Shown in pieces: positions 13,168 through 25,620 of a stretch of 64,000 bases of DNA. Numbering within the stretch: the stretch's first letter is position 1; the number at the start of each line of letters is the position of its first letter. Made by a program: the position numbers and the translations under genes. The notes beneath the pieces are model-generated. The model worked only from the letters and a program-made list of their open reading frames with translations. It searched no databases and had not been told where the DNA came from. Where the stretch lies: contig NC_042997.1 in assembly GCF_006345805.1 (NCBI RefSeq), positions 22,196,001-22,260,000 of the forward strand, given 5' to 3'. The DNA is from Octopus sinensis (Eukaryota).

Positions 13168-13398
13168 TATTTCTTTACTACCCACAAGGGACTAAACACA
13201 GAGGGGATATACAAGGACAGACAAACGGATTAATTCGATTATATCGACCCCAGTGCGTAACTGGTACTTAATTTATCGACCCTGAAAGGATGAAAGGCAA
13301 AGTCGACCTCAGCGGAATTTGAACTCAGAGTGTAAAGACAGACAAAGTACCGCTAAGCATTTCGCCCGGGTTGCTAACGATTCTGCCAGCTCACCACC
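13168..13398 (-). mobile_element. SINE family B, full length, 19-bp TSD
   Basis: Flanked by TTCATCCTATCTTATTACC at 13149-13167 and 13399-13417. Confidence 0.95.
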
Positions 13399-13547
13399 TT
13401 CATCCTATCTTATTACCTTGAACAATTCAGTCTGCCTATCTCACACTTGTAAACTTGTAGGTGTTGATCATTTTAATCTCAAAAAATTTGTATCAATGAG
13501 TTTCACAAAAAAGATGTTTCAATCTTGGAAGAATAGCCTAGAATCCA

Positions 13548-13591
13548 ACACTATTAGAATAGCCTAACACTATTAGAATAGCCTAACACTC
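13548..13591. repeat. 19-bp tandem duplication
   Basis: AACACTATTAGAATAGCCT twice plus a partial copy. Confidence 0.9.
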
Positions 13592-13699
13592 AAAGTGTTA
13601 TATAGTTAAAGAGAATGCAAAAATTCCAATGTCATCTATGAAGGGATTTTGACTAATATGCAGTAATGCAATAGGTTAGAATTTGACACTATATATTCA

Positions 13700-14230
13700 A
13701 GAAAACAGCAGAGTACATGAAATAAGCAGTTGGATCTCTGGCAGGTTGATAGAAGACCAAAGTGTCAGATGTGCAGAAGTAGCTGGCATTGTACTCAATG
13801 ACAATACAGCTTCCATGAAGTCTCTTAACTTATGAAAGAAGATTGAAACTACACCTTCCACCTTTAAAAAATGGGCACATCCATTGTATTATTGGATAAA
13901 TTGCATGAAAGTAAAATGGAACTATTATGGCTAGAACACTTTAAGCATAAGCTTTATTCAATCGAGATTGACCTAGGACAAAACAACAATCATAAAATGA
14001 AATCAATGAACTGTTCATGCAGCTCCCAAGATATAGTTGATGGTTTATGTTGTCTACATAATATAATTTGTGATGGGGGTGCATGTAAGGAAACTATGGT
14101 AACTAGAGTAAAGAAGCCGTTCAAGAATTTGGACCTGGAGATCTCCATTTCCAGCGACTTCGAGGGCCACTTCCTAGTGGTGTCGGGTGTCAACAAAGAG
14201 CCCTCAACTACAACAAAATGACCAAAGTTA
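13700..14230 (-). mobile_element. Possible highly decayed LINE APE-endonuclease fragment
   Basis: Minus-strand peptide LVTIVSLHAPP resembles the APE motif ATIISAYAP seen in the intact RTE at the window end; the rest is weak. Confidence 0.3.
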
Positions 14231-14522
14231 TTTTTTTTCCAAGGTCTGGGGTCTCCCGCCCCTAAGCCCTAGACCGTCACCTAATCACCCTTACCCGTCT
14301 TGTTGCTTAACAACAAAAAGTAAAGAAAGCTGGAATAGGTTCCTGTTGCTGTTACGTCTTTTGATAACAAAGGAATTTTTCTGAGTGTGTAGTAGATAGA
14401 GTGTAAGTGTATGTAAAAACTGAAGTCTTCATGGTAGTAAGCCATGAGCACTGAATTTTGACAATTTATGGAGATCAAAGGGAAATTAGCATAAGATGAT
14501 TCATTTTTTATTGTTTCATTTT

Positions 14523-14922
14523 AGGTCCAGGTGTGGCTGTGTGGTAAAAAGTGTGCTTCCCAACCACATGGTTTCAGGCTCACTGTTTAGAACCTTGGAC
14601 AAGTGTATTCCACTATAACCTCAGGCCAGAAGTCTGTCATGTTTGAGTGTGTGTTTGTACATGTTCATACAGTGTTATCATTTGCTTACCTTGGTTTCAT
14701 GTGATAATTATCAACAAGTGTCACCATCTTACAAGCAGTATCCTTCATTTCCATTCTTTCATGAAAACATGTCTGGTTATGTGGAAATACAACCTTTCTT
14801 GGAAACAGATGAGGGTTAGTATCAGAAATGGCATCTGGCTGTAGAAAATCCATCTAACAACTTCTGTCCAACCTATACAAACATGGAAAAGTGGACATTA
14901 AAATGTTGATAATGATAATGAT
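14523..14922 (+). mobile_element. SINE family A2 (family-A head with RTE-type C tail)
   Basis: GGTGTGGCTGTGTGGTAA head and CCTTGGACAAGTG core, then a GGCATCTGGCTGTAGAAA...GGACATTAAAATG tail; similar copies at 17670-18510, 18745-18990, 37519-37918. Confidence 0.75.
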
Positions 14923-15394
14923 TCGCAAAGTAATACAGCACAAATGAGGAATTAAACATAAACCTCTCTATAAAGAAATGTTTCTTCAATTTTTTTTCTT
15001 CAATTAATATTAATGTCTTTTAATAATGCCTTGACCTTATTCCAGGGTAATGTATAAGCCTAATCATGTGCACTAAAACACTGCAAAAGACATCAATCTT
15101 AGACTAAACTAAAACGCTCCATTCTCTATGTTCTATCAGCAAAAATATCTAATTTCTGAATAATCAAGAAACTAATTTATTATCATTCTAATCAAATGTA
15201 ATTACAATTGTCAATTAAATAATGGTATAATTAGCTAAGATTGCACTAATGATGCCATTTAAAGTCAATAACAAGATGAGAAAATGAGGAAAATACAGCA
15301 AGTTATCAGGGGAAAAGGATTTTTTGGTTAATATTTATCTGATTCCCTTACAAATCCTTTGTTCTTCTTCATCTCTTACATTACATATATATCA

Positions 15395-15870
15395 TCATCA
15401 GCTTCATTTAAGTCTGTTTTCCATGTGTGCATGGATTGTATGATTCCACAGGATCCTATAGATTGGAGGATCATTCTTACTGCATTGCCTTAGTTTTGGC
15501 ATGGTTTCTATTGCTGGATGCCCTTCCTAACACCAACCACTTTACAGAATGTACTGGGTGCAATTTTTTCAATGGCACCACCTATTTCTTTATTACCCAC
15601 AAGGGGCTAAACACAGAGGGGACAAACAAGGACAGACATAGGTATTAAGTCGATTACATCGACCCCAGTGCGTAACTGGTACTTAATTTATCGACCCCGA
15701 AAGGATGAAAGGCAAAGTCAACCTCGGCGGAATTTGAACTCACAATGTAACGCAGACGAAATACCGCTAAGCATTTCGCCCGGCGCGCTAACGTTTCTGC
15801 CAGCTCGCCGCCTTCAATGGCACCACCACTATTGAGATTGTCTTGCTATCATGTAAAACCTAAGAGCCCT
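15395..15870 (-). mobile_element. Family C element interrupted by a SINE B
   Basis: C-type motif CTGGATGCCCTTCCTAACACCAACCAC; interrupted at 15583-15812. Confidence 0.75.
15583..15812 (-). mobile_element. SINE family B, young, 15-bp TSD
   Basis: TSD TTCAATGGCACCACC at 15568-15582 and 15813-15827; CpGs intact. Confidence 0.95.
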
Positions 15871-16658
15871 CTCAATCCCTGCTTCAATAAATTACCAACC
15901 ATTTGCTGAACGTGGTGGGGGAATCAATTTGTTGTACACAAAGTGAAACAGAGCCCCCTGTGATGGATGGAACAGATCTGTGGTGAGTAGTAGAGGGAAT
16001 AACAGGGGGAAGTGTGTTGGGGTGAGAATAATGGAGAAGACAGGGAAGAAGAAAATTACTGTCAAAGATTTGTATGAAAGAGAGTGAAGGACAAAGTTGC
16101 TGTGGTGATAGGGTGGGTTTATATAGGTGGGCTAGTGATAAGGGAATTTGGTCCACTTTCTTTGTTTCTATGGGTTGGACAGTTTGCCAGAGTCCACAAC
16201 AGTTCTTATTGAAATTACATAGATTTATTGGTGAGAGAAAGTAGTGTGGTGTGAGTCTAGCAGAGACAGTATAAAGGAAGTGGATATATTTCTTTATTTT
16301 TAAAAAGATATGTGGATAATAGAATTAAAAGGGCAAAATAATATCAGGGGTTAATAAAAGAAAGAATTAGATAGTAATTGAGGGTGGTAGGAAAGACTTT
16401 CAGAGGCAGTGTAAAGAAAGGAGTTAATTGGAGGGGAAAGGAAAAGCAGTGCCACAAGGTAATTTTTCATATCTATGCCTGTACAAAGAATATGTTCATT
16501 CTCTGTGTTAACATGAAGGATGGAGCTTCTTTGAAACTAACTAGAACCACAAATTGTTTAATCATAGGTTATTGTTGTTGTTGACTAGCCCAGATCAATC
16601 ATGATTGAACAAACAATCCAGCTTTGACTATCCTGTCTTTTGTTCAGAAAGAACATAT

Positions 16659-17048
16659 ACTCTTTACTCTTTTACTTGTTTCAGTCATTTGACTTTGGCC
16701 ATGCTGGAGCACCACCTTTAGTCGAGCAAATCGACCCCAGGACTTATTCTTTGTAAGCCTATTACTTATTCTATCAGTCTCTTTTGCCAAACCGCTAAGT
16801 TACGGAGACTTAAACACACCAGCATCGGTTGTCAAGCGATGTTGGGGGGACAAACACACACATATATATACATATACATATATACAACGGGCTTCTTTCA
16901 GTTTCCGTCTACCAAATCCACTCACAAGGCTTTGATCGGCCTGAGGCTATAGTAGAAGACACTTGCCCAAGGTGCCATGCAGTGGGACTGAACCCAGAAC
17001 CATGTGGTTCGTAAGCAAGCTACCTACCACACAGCCACTCCTATGCCT
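16659..17048 (-). mobile_element. SINE family A, full length
   Basis: Reverse complement of the 5223-5595 element, including head and tail. Confidence 0.92.
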
Positions 17049-17669
17049 ATATCTACAAATGCATTATCCAAAGTATTCTCTTTTTTCTAAGATAGGAGAT
17101 CGTGCTTTGAGAGACAATTGACTACTATTTCTAACCACATACAGACACTCTCATTGGCTTATTTGATCATGCATATATATTTCCTATTTTTGTTTCTTAA
17201 ACGCCAAATCAGTCCTGATAAAGCAGATCTATGATCAAATACATTTCTACCATGTACACAAAATCTATTTTTTTCTTCTGCTATAATGTATCCAGGACCA
17301 CATTATCAAATATGTCCTACATCACCGTCAGCATCTGACATAACTTCTTCAGGCGCAGATCCATGGACTCTCGAGACTGGCAGATGCCTACTAGATGCTG
17401 TTATATCTAACACATCCTAGAGTTTGAAGTTATACAAGACACTGACATTAGATTCTACAATACAAAACTTCTTACTTGAAAATATATTCAAATTAAAGCA
17501 TTCTTTAATTATATGTGACACTTATAATACATAGTATGTTTTAGAATTGGCTCGCCTAAAAAAATTGGTCTCAGAGAGGACAATTCAGCCATAAAACATT
17601 GTCCTATGAAGTCTTGTTCAATCTATGTCATCAAGGAAAAGTGAATGTAAAATGCTGATGTGTTTAAGA

Positions 17670-18510
17670 AGTTTTGAGTTCATTTTCGAACATATGGTTT
17701 TGACTTCAGTCCTACTATTCAGCACCTTGGACATGTGTCTTCTGCTATGGCCCTGGATCAACTAAAGCCTTGTGAGTGGATTTGGTGAACAAAAGCTGAA
17801 AGAAACACATCATATGTGTATGTGTGTGTATGCACATACATGATGTGTGTACACACACACATATATATCACAATCATGATCATCATTTAACATTCGTTTT
17901 CCATGCTGGCATGGATTAGATATGAGCTGGCAAGTCAGAGAGTTGCACTAAGCTCTAATTGTTTGTTTTGACATAGTTTCTATGGTGGGACGCCCTTCCT
18001 AACATCAACCACTTTACAAAGTGTACAGGTGCTTTTTACAGAGTGTACAAGTGCTTTTTACATGTGTGTGTGTGTCCTTATTTTCATATCATGTGGCAGA
18101 TATAAATGAATGTCACTGTCATACAAATGGTGTTATTCATTTTCAATATTTTGCAAAAACATGTCTGTCCATGAGGAAATATTATTTTCTACTCTACGCA
18201 CAAGGCCCGAAATTTTGGGGGAGGGTACCAGTCGATTAGATCACCAGTACACAACTGGTATTTAATTAATCAACCCCAAAAGGATGAAAGGCAAAGTCGA
18301 GCTCAGCAGAATTTGAACTCAGAACATAAAGAATGCCGCTAAGATTTTCACCCAGCATGCCAAAGTTTCTGCCAGCTCGCCACCTTGCTATGAGGAAATA
18401 GTACCTTACTTGGCAACAGATAGAGTACTTGACTATCAAATATCTACCACAATAAACTCCATCCAAATCATACAAACATGGAAAAGTCAACATTAAAATC
18501 ATGATGACAT
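17670..18510. mobile_element. Nested SINE cluster: A2 (+) containing family C (-, 17872-18060) and SINE B (-, ~18195-18387)
   Basis: A2 head, middle and tail separated by the inserts; ATGAGGAAATA repeated on both sides of the SINE B insert. Confidence 0.7.
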
Positions 18511-20901
18511 TTCCGTAAAAGCATAGATATGTATTATCACCTCTTAACCTCTATTTTTCCATGCTTATGTGAGTCAAATTCAGATAAAATCTTTCTGTCA
18601 GGAATGACAAACAACAATGGATTTATTTAAGTATATATCAGCCTCTTCCAGCACCTGCTATTTACAATGTTGTTATTTAAAACAGTGTTGTAAATTCCAT
18701 GATGAAATTCTGAAAACTGATGCTGCGTTTGAATATCAGGGTTTTGTTTTTTTTGTGAGAAGTTTGCTGCTCAGCCACATGATTTTGGATTCAATCTCAC
18801 TGCATGGCACTTTGGACAAGTATCTTCTTATAGAGCCCCAGTAAATATAACCTTACTTGGAAACAATTGAGGTTTAGCAACTGGAATGGTATCAGACCAT
18901 AAAAAAACCTGCTTCAACAAAACTCCATCCAACCCATCCACGCATAGAAAAATGGACATTAAAACAACAATGATGATGATGATGATGATGGTTTTTGGTT
19001 GTTTAGATTCAATAAAGTCCTGTGTTCTATGTCTTATATAAAAACACTTGCATCTTCTTCTCCATGGGAGTGCAGTCTTTTCGTCTGGTATGAGAGAATG
19101 CTATTCATACTGTATTGATGCGTATCTGTAGGTGTGTGGCAGTTTGTACCAAACAAATTATCTAAAAATATCAAATTTTTATCATAAAATAATACTTAAC
19201 TGATATCGTGTAGTCATTTACTAAGTGGTCAAGTGAATCTCAAGTCGGTACATGGCTCACACATTATGAGTTACTATTTTTAAGTCACAACTTTTTATTG
19301 GCTTGAAATGTAATCTTCGTCACTTAACCTCTTCCTCAAACATGAAACATTACAGTGCTTTTTCTTTTAATTTCCTTGATTCTGTTTTTTCGCTTTCTTT
19401 TGTTCCTTCATCTCTCTCTCACCCTCTTTTTCACCCCCCTCACTCTCTCTCTCTCTCTCCCTCCCTCTCTCCACCGAATTAATATATTTTTAGATTAATT
19501 GACTGCAAGGCCTAATCTGTTGTATCAGTAACTAACAATACAGCCAGGCTGCAGACAGGATCAGAAATTAGGATTATCTTTTAATAGTAGTCAATAAAAT
19601 TGTATTAGAGGCAATTCACTTGGAAAAGAAAGGCTTATATTTGTGTATCTGAGACTGAAATTAAACTGACCTTAGATATAAATTGTATGTCACCACCCTC
19701 TCATCTCCCATCATCACTCCACATTTCTTTTGTTTATTCTCCATCTTTTTCTTCAGCTTTACTTTCCTTTTCATTTTATCTCTCCATCTTTTTTTTCAAC
19801 TTCTCTCTCTGCTTCAAAATCACCTACTTTCTCATTTTTAATCATTTTTTCTTTCTTCCATCTAACTTCCCTTCTCTTCCTGTCATCTCTTTCTTCTCTT
19901 CTTTTTTTTTTCCCTCTCCCTCTTTATTATTTGTTCTTTCCATCAAGGCCCAGTATACTAACTGCCTCCTTATTACATAATTTACCTTAAATTTTAATCA
20001 TTAGAAATTTTGAAAATTTTCACTTTTACTCCCTTGTGAGAATAAATGTTCATTAGCACTAATATAATTTTCTTCTCATTATATTTATAACTATTTTTGA
20101 TTCATCATACCATGTATGGTAGCCTACACTTAATGACAGAAAATAGTTTTATCGTGTTTCTACTCATTAACCTGGCAGCCTGTTCATGTAACCTTGCTAA
20201 GAGATATAATTTTATTTCATCATTACATTTAGATATCTCAGAAAGCACATCATCATTTTCATTATAATCTCTTTTGTCATTACCATTAGTTATTAACCTT
20301 GTTGTTATTGCAGTTGTCATCATCTTCTCTATAAAACTTGATAAATTACTTATCAATGAAAACTATTGATTTGACTATATACGAAAATTAAAAGATTGCA
20401 AATACAAAATTATGAACTTGGTCATCTTTTCCATCTCTGCCTGTTCTATTAATTAAACTCTTCAAACGTATTTCCAGTCATACAAAAGAACACTCCTTAA
20501 CACTTCTTTTTCACACAAACAATTAGAATTCAGCTCTTCTCACATGAAATTCTTGTATTATGTAAACTGTAGCAACTGTAACATTTCACAGGAAACATGT
20601 GATTTACTTCACATGCCAGATGTTACAAAGTAATACCATCATCATCATTACCACCATTTTTAACATCCTTTTCATGCTTGCTATGGAATTCATTGAGGCA
20701 GATTTTTCTACAGCCATTGAAGCAGATTTTTATATCAACTGCACTCACCTGTTTCCTAGTACATTATAATATTGAGGATATTTAATGTGTAGTTACTATG
20801 TACACACAAGACATTACACTTAAGAAGTACAAAGTTAATTTATCTAAACATTATTGAATATGATTAACAAGTACAGAACAAAGAATATATATATATATAT
20901 A

Positions 20902-21043
20902 TTCATTTAGAGATAGTAGGCCCCTTCATCTCAGCATATAAAATGTACCTCAAGAAACATGTGAGCCAAGTTATAAAGTAGTAAGTATTTAAATTTAAAT
21001 TCTTTTATATGGTGAGATGAAGAGGCCTACTATCTCTAAATGA
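20902..21043. mobile_element. Small MITE / inverted repeat (~42-bp arms)
   Basis: TTCATTTAGAGATAGTAGGCCCCTTCATCTCAGCATATAAAA versus its near reverse complement at 21003-21043; flanked by (TA)n. Confidence 0.8.
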
Positions 21044-21120
21044 AAATATATATTTCCTCATTGAGAATAATTTGAATACCTGTTATGCCGGAATTTTTAT
21101 TCCCTAACAAATAAAATTAA

Positions 21121-21143
<23 letters not shown>

Positions 21144-21151
<8 letters not shown>

Positions 21152-21441
21152 TAATTAGGGTTCAGCAAAAAATTTGCTTCACCACATACCGAAAATTTAG
21201 AAATAGCAGCCAAACACCAAGCTATTTCCTCTACTGTAAGAGAATCTCCCAGATAACATATACTCAAATTACTGGGTGAATTTCGTTGTTTTTTCTCTTT
21301 ACCATCGTGGATTGTTTTTGAGTATATGTTATCTGGGAGATTCTCTTACAGTAGAGGAAATAGCTTGGTGTTTGACTGCTATTTCTAAATTTTCGGTATG
21401 TAGTGAAGCAAATTTTTTGCTGAACCCTAATTATAATTATA
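21144..21441. mobile_element. Fold-back MITE, 125-bp arms, 48-nt spacer
   Basis: 21144-21268 and 21317-21441 are reverse complements with only 2 mismatches (by eye). Confidence 0.9.
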
Positions 21442-21544
21442 CTCATAATTATAAAAAAATTGTTTTTTAAGTTTTTTAACATGCCAAAACTACTTGGTAA
21501 TAATCAATAATTATTAATTAATTAATTAATTTTTCCCTTTATTA

Positions 21545-21585
<41 letters not shown>

Positions 21586-22454
21586 TTCTCTCCTCTTATG
21601 AAACGGAGCATTGTTAGTAGAATTGCTTGCAAATTGATTGTGTTTGATAGTATAGGATTCTATTCTTCTGTAACTAAGTCCCTTCACCTTCAAAAAACCT
21701 TAACTTTGACCAACTTTATACATATTAGTAAATCTGTTATTAAAATCAGCATACACTCAAGAAATAGTTAATTTTTTTTACAAATGTTGTGAGATAGTAA
21801 GTCACTCTTAATTTTGGATATTATCTAGAAAATATTCAATAAAATGAAGAAGGAAGAAAAGCAGTAGATATGTTATAAAGGGAGTATGTAATAGTTTAAT
21901 ATTAGTTTGTATAATCCAGTTCTGATGTACATTTCCAAAAATTTTGTAGCTACTTGTTGAAGTATCTGTATTTATTGAAGATCTCTGATTCATAATTAGA
22001 TAATACACATAATTGTTGATGTTATTCAATATGAAGCTGTTTTCAGCTGTATATAAATTGCACTTTTTATCCCATTGATATAAAGTTTGTATCTCCCTAA
22101 AACTTCCCACTTGATGTCAAATTTAGAATCATGCTCTTTTAAATGTTTCATAAATTCTGCATTATTTGACTGATTAAATTAGCATTATGTAATGTTTCTT
22201 CATGTGCAGTTAATCTCTGTTAATTTTATTGATTTATGTCATATAATATTTTTCAAGTTGGGAGTATATTTGTCATTCACTTTCAAACAATTGCTGTTCA
22301 TTAGTTTTATGCAGCAGTAGTTAATGTGAAAATGCTTACCTGTTAAGTTTAGGAAATTTGGAGCTGTACTTAACTTAAGGGTTAAATCTATAGGTGGGTG
22401 ACAAATGTCAGTATTAACCTACTCTATTACTTTAATTGATTTATTATAAAGTTT

Positions 22455-23540
22455 GTATTTATCTGGGATTAACTTTAGTATGGCATCTAAGAAATATATA
22501 TTAATGATTCCTTTTATTGACCACAATGTTAATAAGAATTGTAACTTTTAGACCAAAATTTTTTAAGGTGTTAATAAGACCTTTCATATAGGTATCTAGT
22601 GTATACTCACTGGCATATTGTGAAATGTCCAACCCATCATGTATATATAGTCTAGTGTTTGATGTGGGAACATTCTTATTTAATGAGTCTAGTATATATA
22701 GGCCAACAGGATTACAAATCTCTGTGCTATCACACAGCCCCATACTGACGTTGAACAAACTTGTGAGATCTGCTTCTTTTGATCCAACCCTAATCCTTGT
22801 CAAAGATGAGTGCTTCAAGCATGCATAGTGATACTGATGTCATCATCATCTATACAATTATATTCTTTTGAAACCTAGAGTGCGAATGATAGAGATTTAG
22901 AAATAGAAGGTTAAAATTCAGTGATGTCAAATGTAATATGCTTAGAGTCATTTTTATAGTTAATATTATTGAACCAACTAATTACTGTATTAAAGTTATT
23001 CCTATGCTGAGGTGTATGTGTCGTTCTAATATTATTATCAAGTATTTTTAAAACATTTCTTCTGATTAATTTCATTTCTGCTTTTCCCAGATTAATTAAT
23101 CTACATTTTGGATTGAAGTTTAAATTCTTTTTATGATCCTTAGTCGAACATATACTTCATGTTTTGCCAAGCATTGTAACCTATTTTTAAATTCCCTTTC
23201 TTAGTTACATTTTAGCGTTTATATTATTTTAAATGTTTATGTTAGTCTTTTTGTAATTTCAAGTAATATTTTTATTATTTAGTTATTTGTAGGTGCTGTT
23301 TTCTTTTTCATAAAGGTCAATGGTTTTGTTAGAGAATATAAAGCTGTTTTTGAATTCTTAATATTCTTAATGTCAGATATAAGGTTATTTTGAAAGGTGT
23401 TGGTGTACTTATGAAAGCATGTGTTAGCTATCATATCTAAAAGGTTGAATTCAAAAGGTTTAAGGTCTTCAATACAAAGTGTGGTTTTTCATATTTTCAT
23501 TCCATTATTTGTGGTATTAGATTTGTATCCACAAACAAGT
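22455..23540 (-). mobile_element. Penelope-like element (Naiad-type motifs), decayed RT fragment
   Basis: Ordered motifs EDLKPFEFNLLDMI, DHKKNLNFNPKCRLINLGK, VISWFNNI, ITFDITEF*PSIS, FNVSMGLCDSTEICNPVGLYIL, LYIHDGL (YRDDG-like), FGLKVTI, FLDAIL match the PLE RT pattern [22 protein letters not shown]...YRDDGL; many stops and frameshifts. Confidence 0.85.
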
Positions 23541-23589
23541 ACTTAAGTGCCATCCTCTTGGTGATATTTCACAGCATAGTAAAACACTG

Positions 23590-25275
23590 CTGATGATGAA
23601 GAACTATAGTGTTAATCATGGATCTATACATTGTAACATAATCATTGAAGATTATTCTTACTCCAAATAATAAATGATGAGGCTGTTAAAGACATGCAAA
23701 TGCTCTCTTGCTAGCAAACTATTGGATCAGTTCAAATATGACCTCTTCAACCTAGTAATCTTACACCAACACTATCAAAGAAACTCTCAATAATAGCATT
23801 ACAAAATTTCAGAAACACCAAGAATGTATTTATTCTGTCAAACAACATGAACAGCTGTCACAAAATTGACAAATATATTCGTAAATGGCCCTTCTCTAAC
23901 AGTATAACAAATACACGTAAAATTTAAGAAAAAAAATATTTAACACTACAAAACTCCATAAGTCAAGAGGGTAAAATAGACTAGCAATGGAATTAGATAT
24001 AAACAACAGGACTGAATAACTAGCACTCTGCACATCTCACATAACACTCACGGACCATGAATCAAACTTCTTAATAGCATACAGGTAGGAGTTATCGTCT
24101 GCCTGTATGCTATTAAATCCCACTAAAACCAGTTGCAATAAATATGATAATCCAACATACAAATTACTGCTATAGTATTACAAAATCAACATACTTATCC
24201 AAATGAACAACACTGCATTTATGACTGGATGATTTACAGATATCAATAAGTGCCCGTAAAATCTGCAATATTTGAAAGTCGTATTCACTTTTCAATAATC
24301 AAGCTCCTATTTGTGAATATACTCACAATCACTAAAAACGACATGACACTAGCAGATCAAAAACTTCAGGTCATAACTGACATTAGATGATAATTGTGGG
24401 TTTTTTTGTTTACAAAGTACTAACCAAGATTTGTGAAATCAGAGGACTCTACACATTACATGTATGAGACACAAAATACAGTAACCTGAAATGTGGCCTT
24501 TATTGTAATGATGGGCTCATGGTATTAAAAGGATGTAATAATGGGCTCATGGTATTAAAAGGCGGCGAGCTGGCAGAAACATTAGCATGGCGGGTGAAAT
24601 GCTTAGCGGTATTTCGCCTGCTGCTACGTTCTGAGTTCAAATTCCGCCAAGGTCGACTTTGCCTTTTATCCTTTCGGGGTCGATTAAATAAGTATCAGTT
24701 ACACATTGGGGTTCGATATAATCGACTTAATCCGTTTGTCTGTCCTTGTTTGTCCCTTCTGTGTTTAGCCCCTTGTGGGTAGTAAAGAAATAGGTATTAA
24801 AAGGACATGAATGATTGCTAACTAGATAAATTAATCTTCAGGTGAAACATCTTTCAATAGATAATCTCAGCACTTTGATGACACACTAATGCTCAGTAAC
24901 TTCAAGTAATGACCTAAGCCCTTATAAACAATGCAAATATAAGGTACTATGTTTTATCCTCACCCTCCAACACACAACCCAAACAAACCTTATCAGCAAT
25001 TTGTTATATACCAAGTATGTTTGAAAACAACTGTATAGCCAAATCCTACATTGGTCTGGAAACACTTTTTAAATCAAGATTCTTGCAACATACTCCTTCC
25101 AAAACATAATTTGAAGAACAGACACAAACTTGTCGAAATAACTATGGCCACTAAAAGACCAACTAAACACTAAATATAACATCAAGTAGAGGGTCATTGA
25201 TCACAATGAAACATACAAGGAAAAATGAAGACTACAACCTGTGTACTTCAGAGAAAACAACCATATTGTTTTTAC
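23590..25275 (+). mobile_element. Second Penelope-like element, decayed RT plus GIY-YIG endonuclease
   Basis: HITLTDHESNF, CMLLNPTKT, KICEIRGLYTL, GLYCNDGLMVLK (RT motif C, ~24496), then KSYIGL..FKSRF, LSK*LWPLKD..YNIK*RVI, YNLCTSEK (GIY-YIG, ~25045-25265); interrupted by a SINE B. Confidence 0.8.
24563..24792 (+). mobile_element. SINE family B, 12-bp TSD, with an adjacent 30-bp tandem duplication
   Basis: TSD GGTATTAAAAGG (24551-24562, 24793-24804); TGTAAT(G/A)ATGGGCTCATGGTATTAAAAGG at 24504 and 24534. Confidence 0.95.
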
Positions 25276-25384
25276 TTGCGCCACCTTGAATTTACAATTT
25301 AAGTTGATCTCCTCTTTCATGCACAGACCTAAGTATCTACTGAAAAATTTTCAAATAAATATAATCCTTTCTACAGAAGACACA

Positions 25385-25580
25385 AGCCCTTTAAATTTTT
25401 GGGGAGGGGACTAATCACTTACATCAACCCCAGTGTTTCACTGGTACTTAGTTTATTGACTCTGAAAGGATAAAAGGCAAAATCACCCTTGGTGGAATTG
25501 AACTCAGAATGTAGCAGCAGATGAAATACAGCTAAGCATTTCGCCCAGAAGGCTAACAATTCTGCCAGCTCACCACCTTA
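25385..25580 (-). mobile_element. Degenerate SINE family B
   Basis: CTGGTACTTA..GAAAGGATAAAAGGCAAA..GAACTCAGAA..GCCAGCTCCACC. Confidence 0.8.
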
Positions 25581-25620
25581 ATCTTCAAATAAATATGATA
25601 ATAATAACAACAGTTATACC

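Noticed and set aside
24100-24420. I/Jockey-type RT (LFVNILTIT read as YADD-like)
   Set aside because: The flanking motifs (CMLLNPTK, KICEIRGLY, GLYCNDGL, GIY-YIG) fit a Penelope-like element much better.
25225-25265. TGA near the CxLC motif of the PLE GIY-YIG domain read as selenocysteine (AAA TGA AGA CTA..TGT)
   Set aside because: Reading TAC AAC CTG TGT (YNLC from CNLC) with a 2-nt deletion fits the motif spacing better; the copy is full of random stops and no SECIS was identified.
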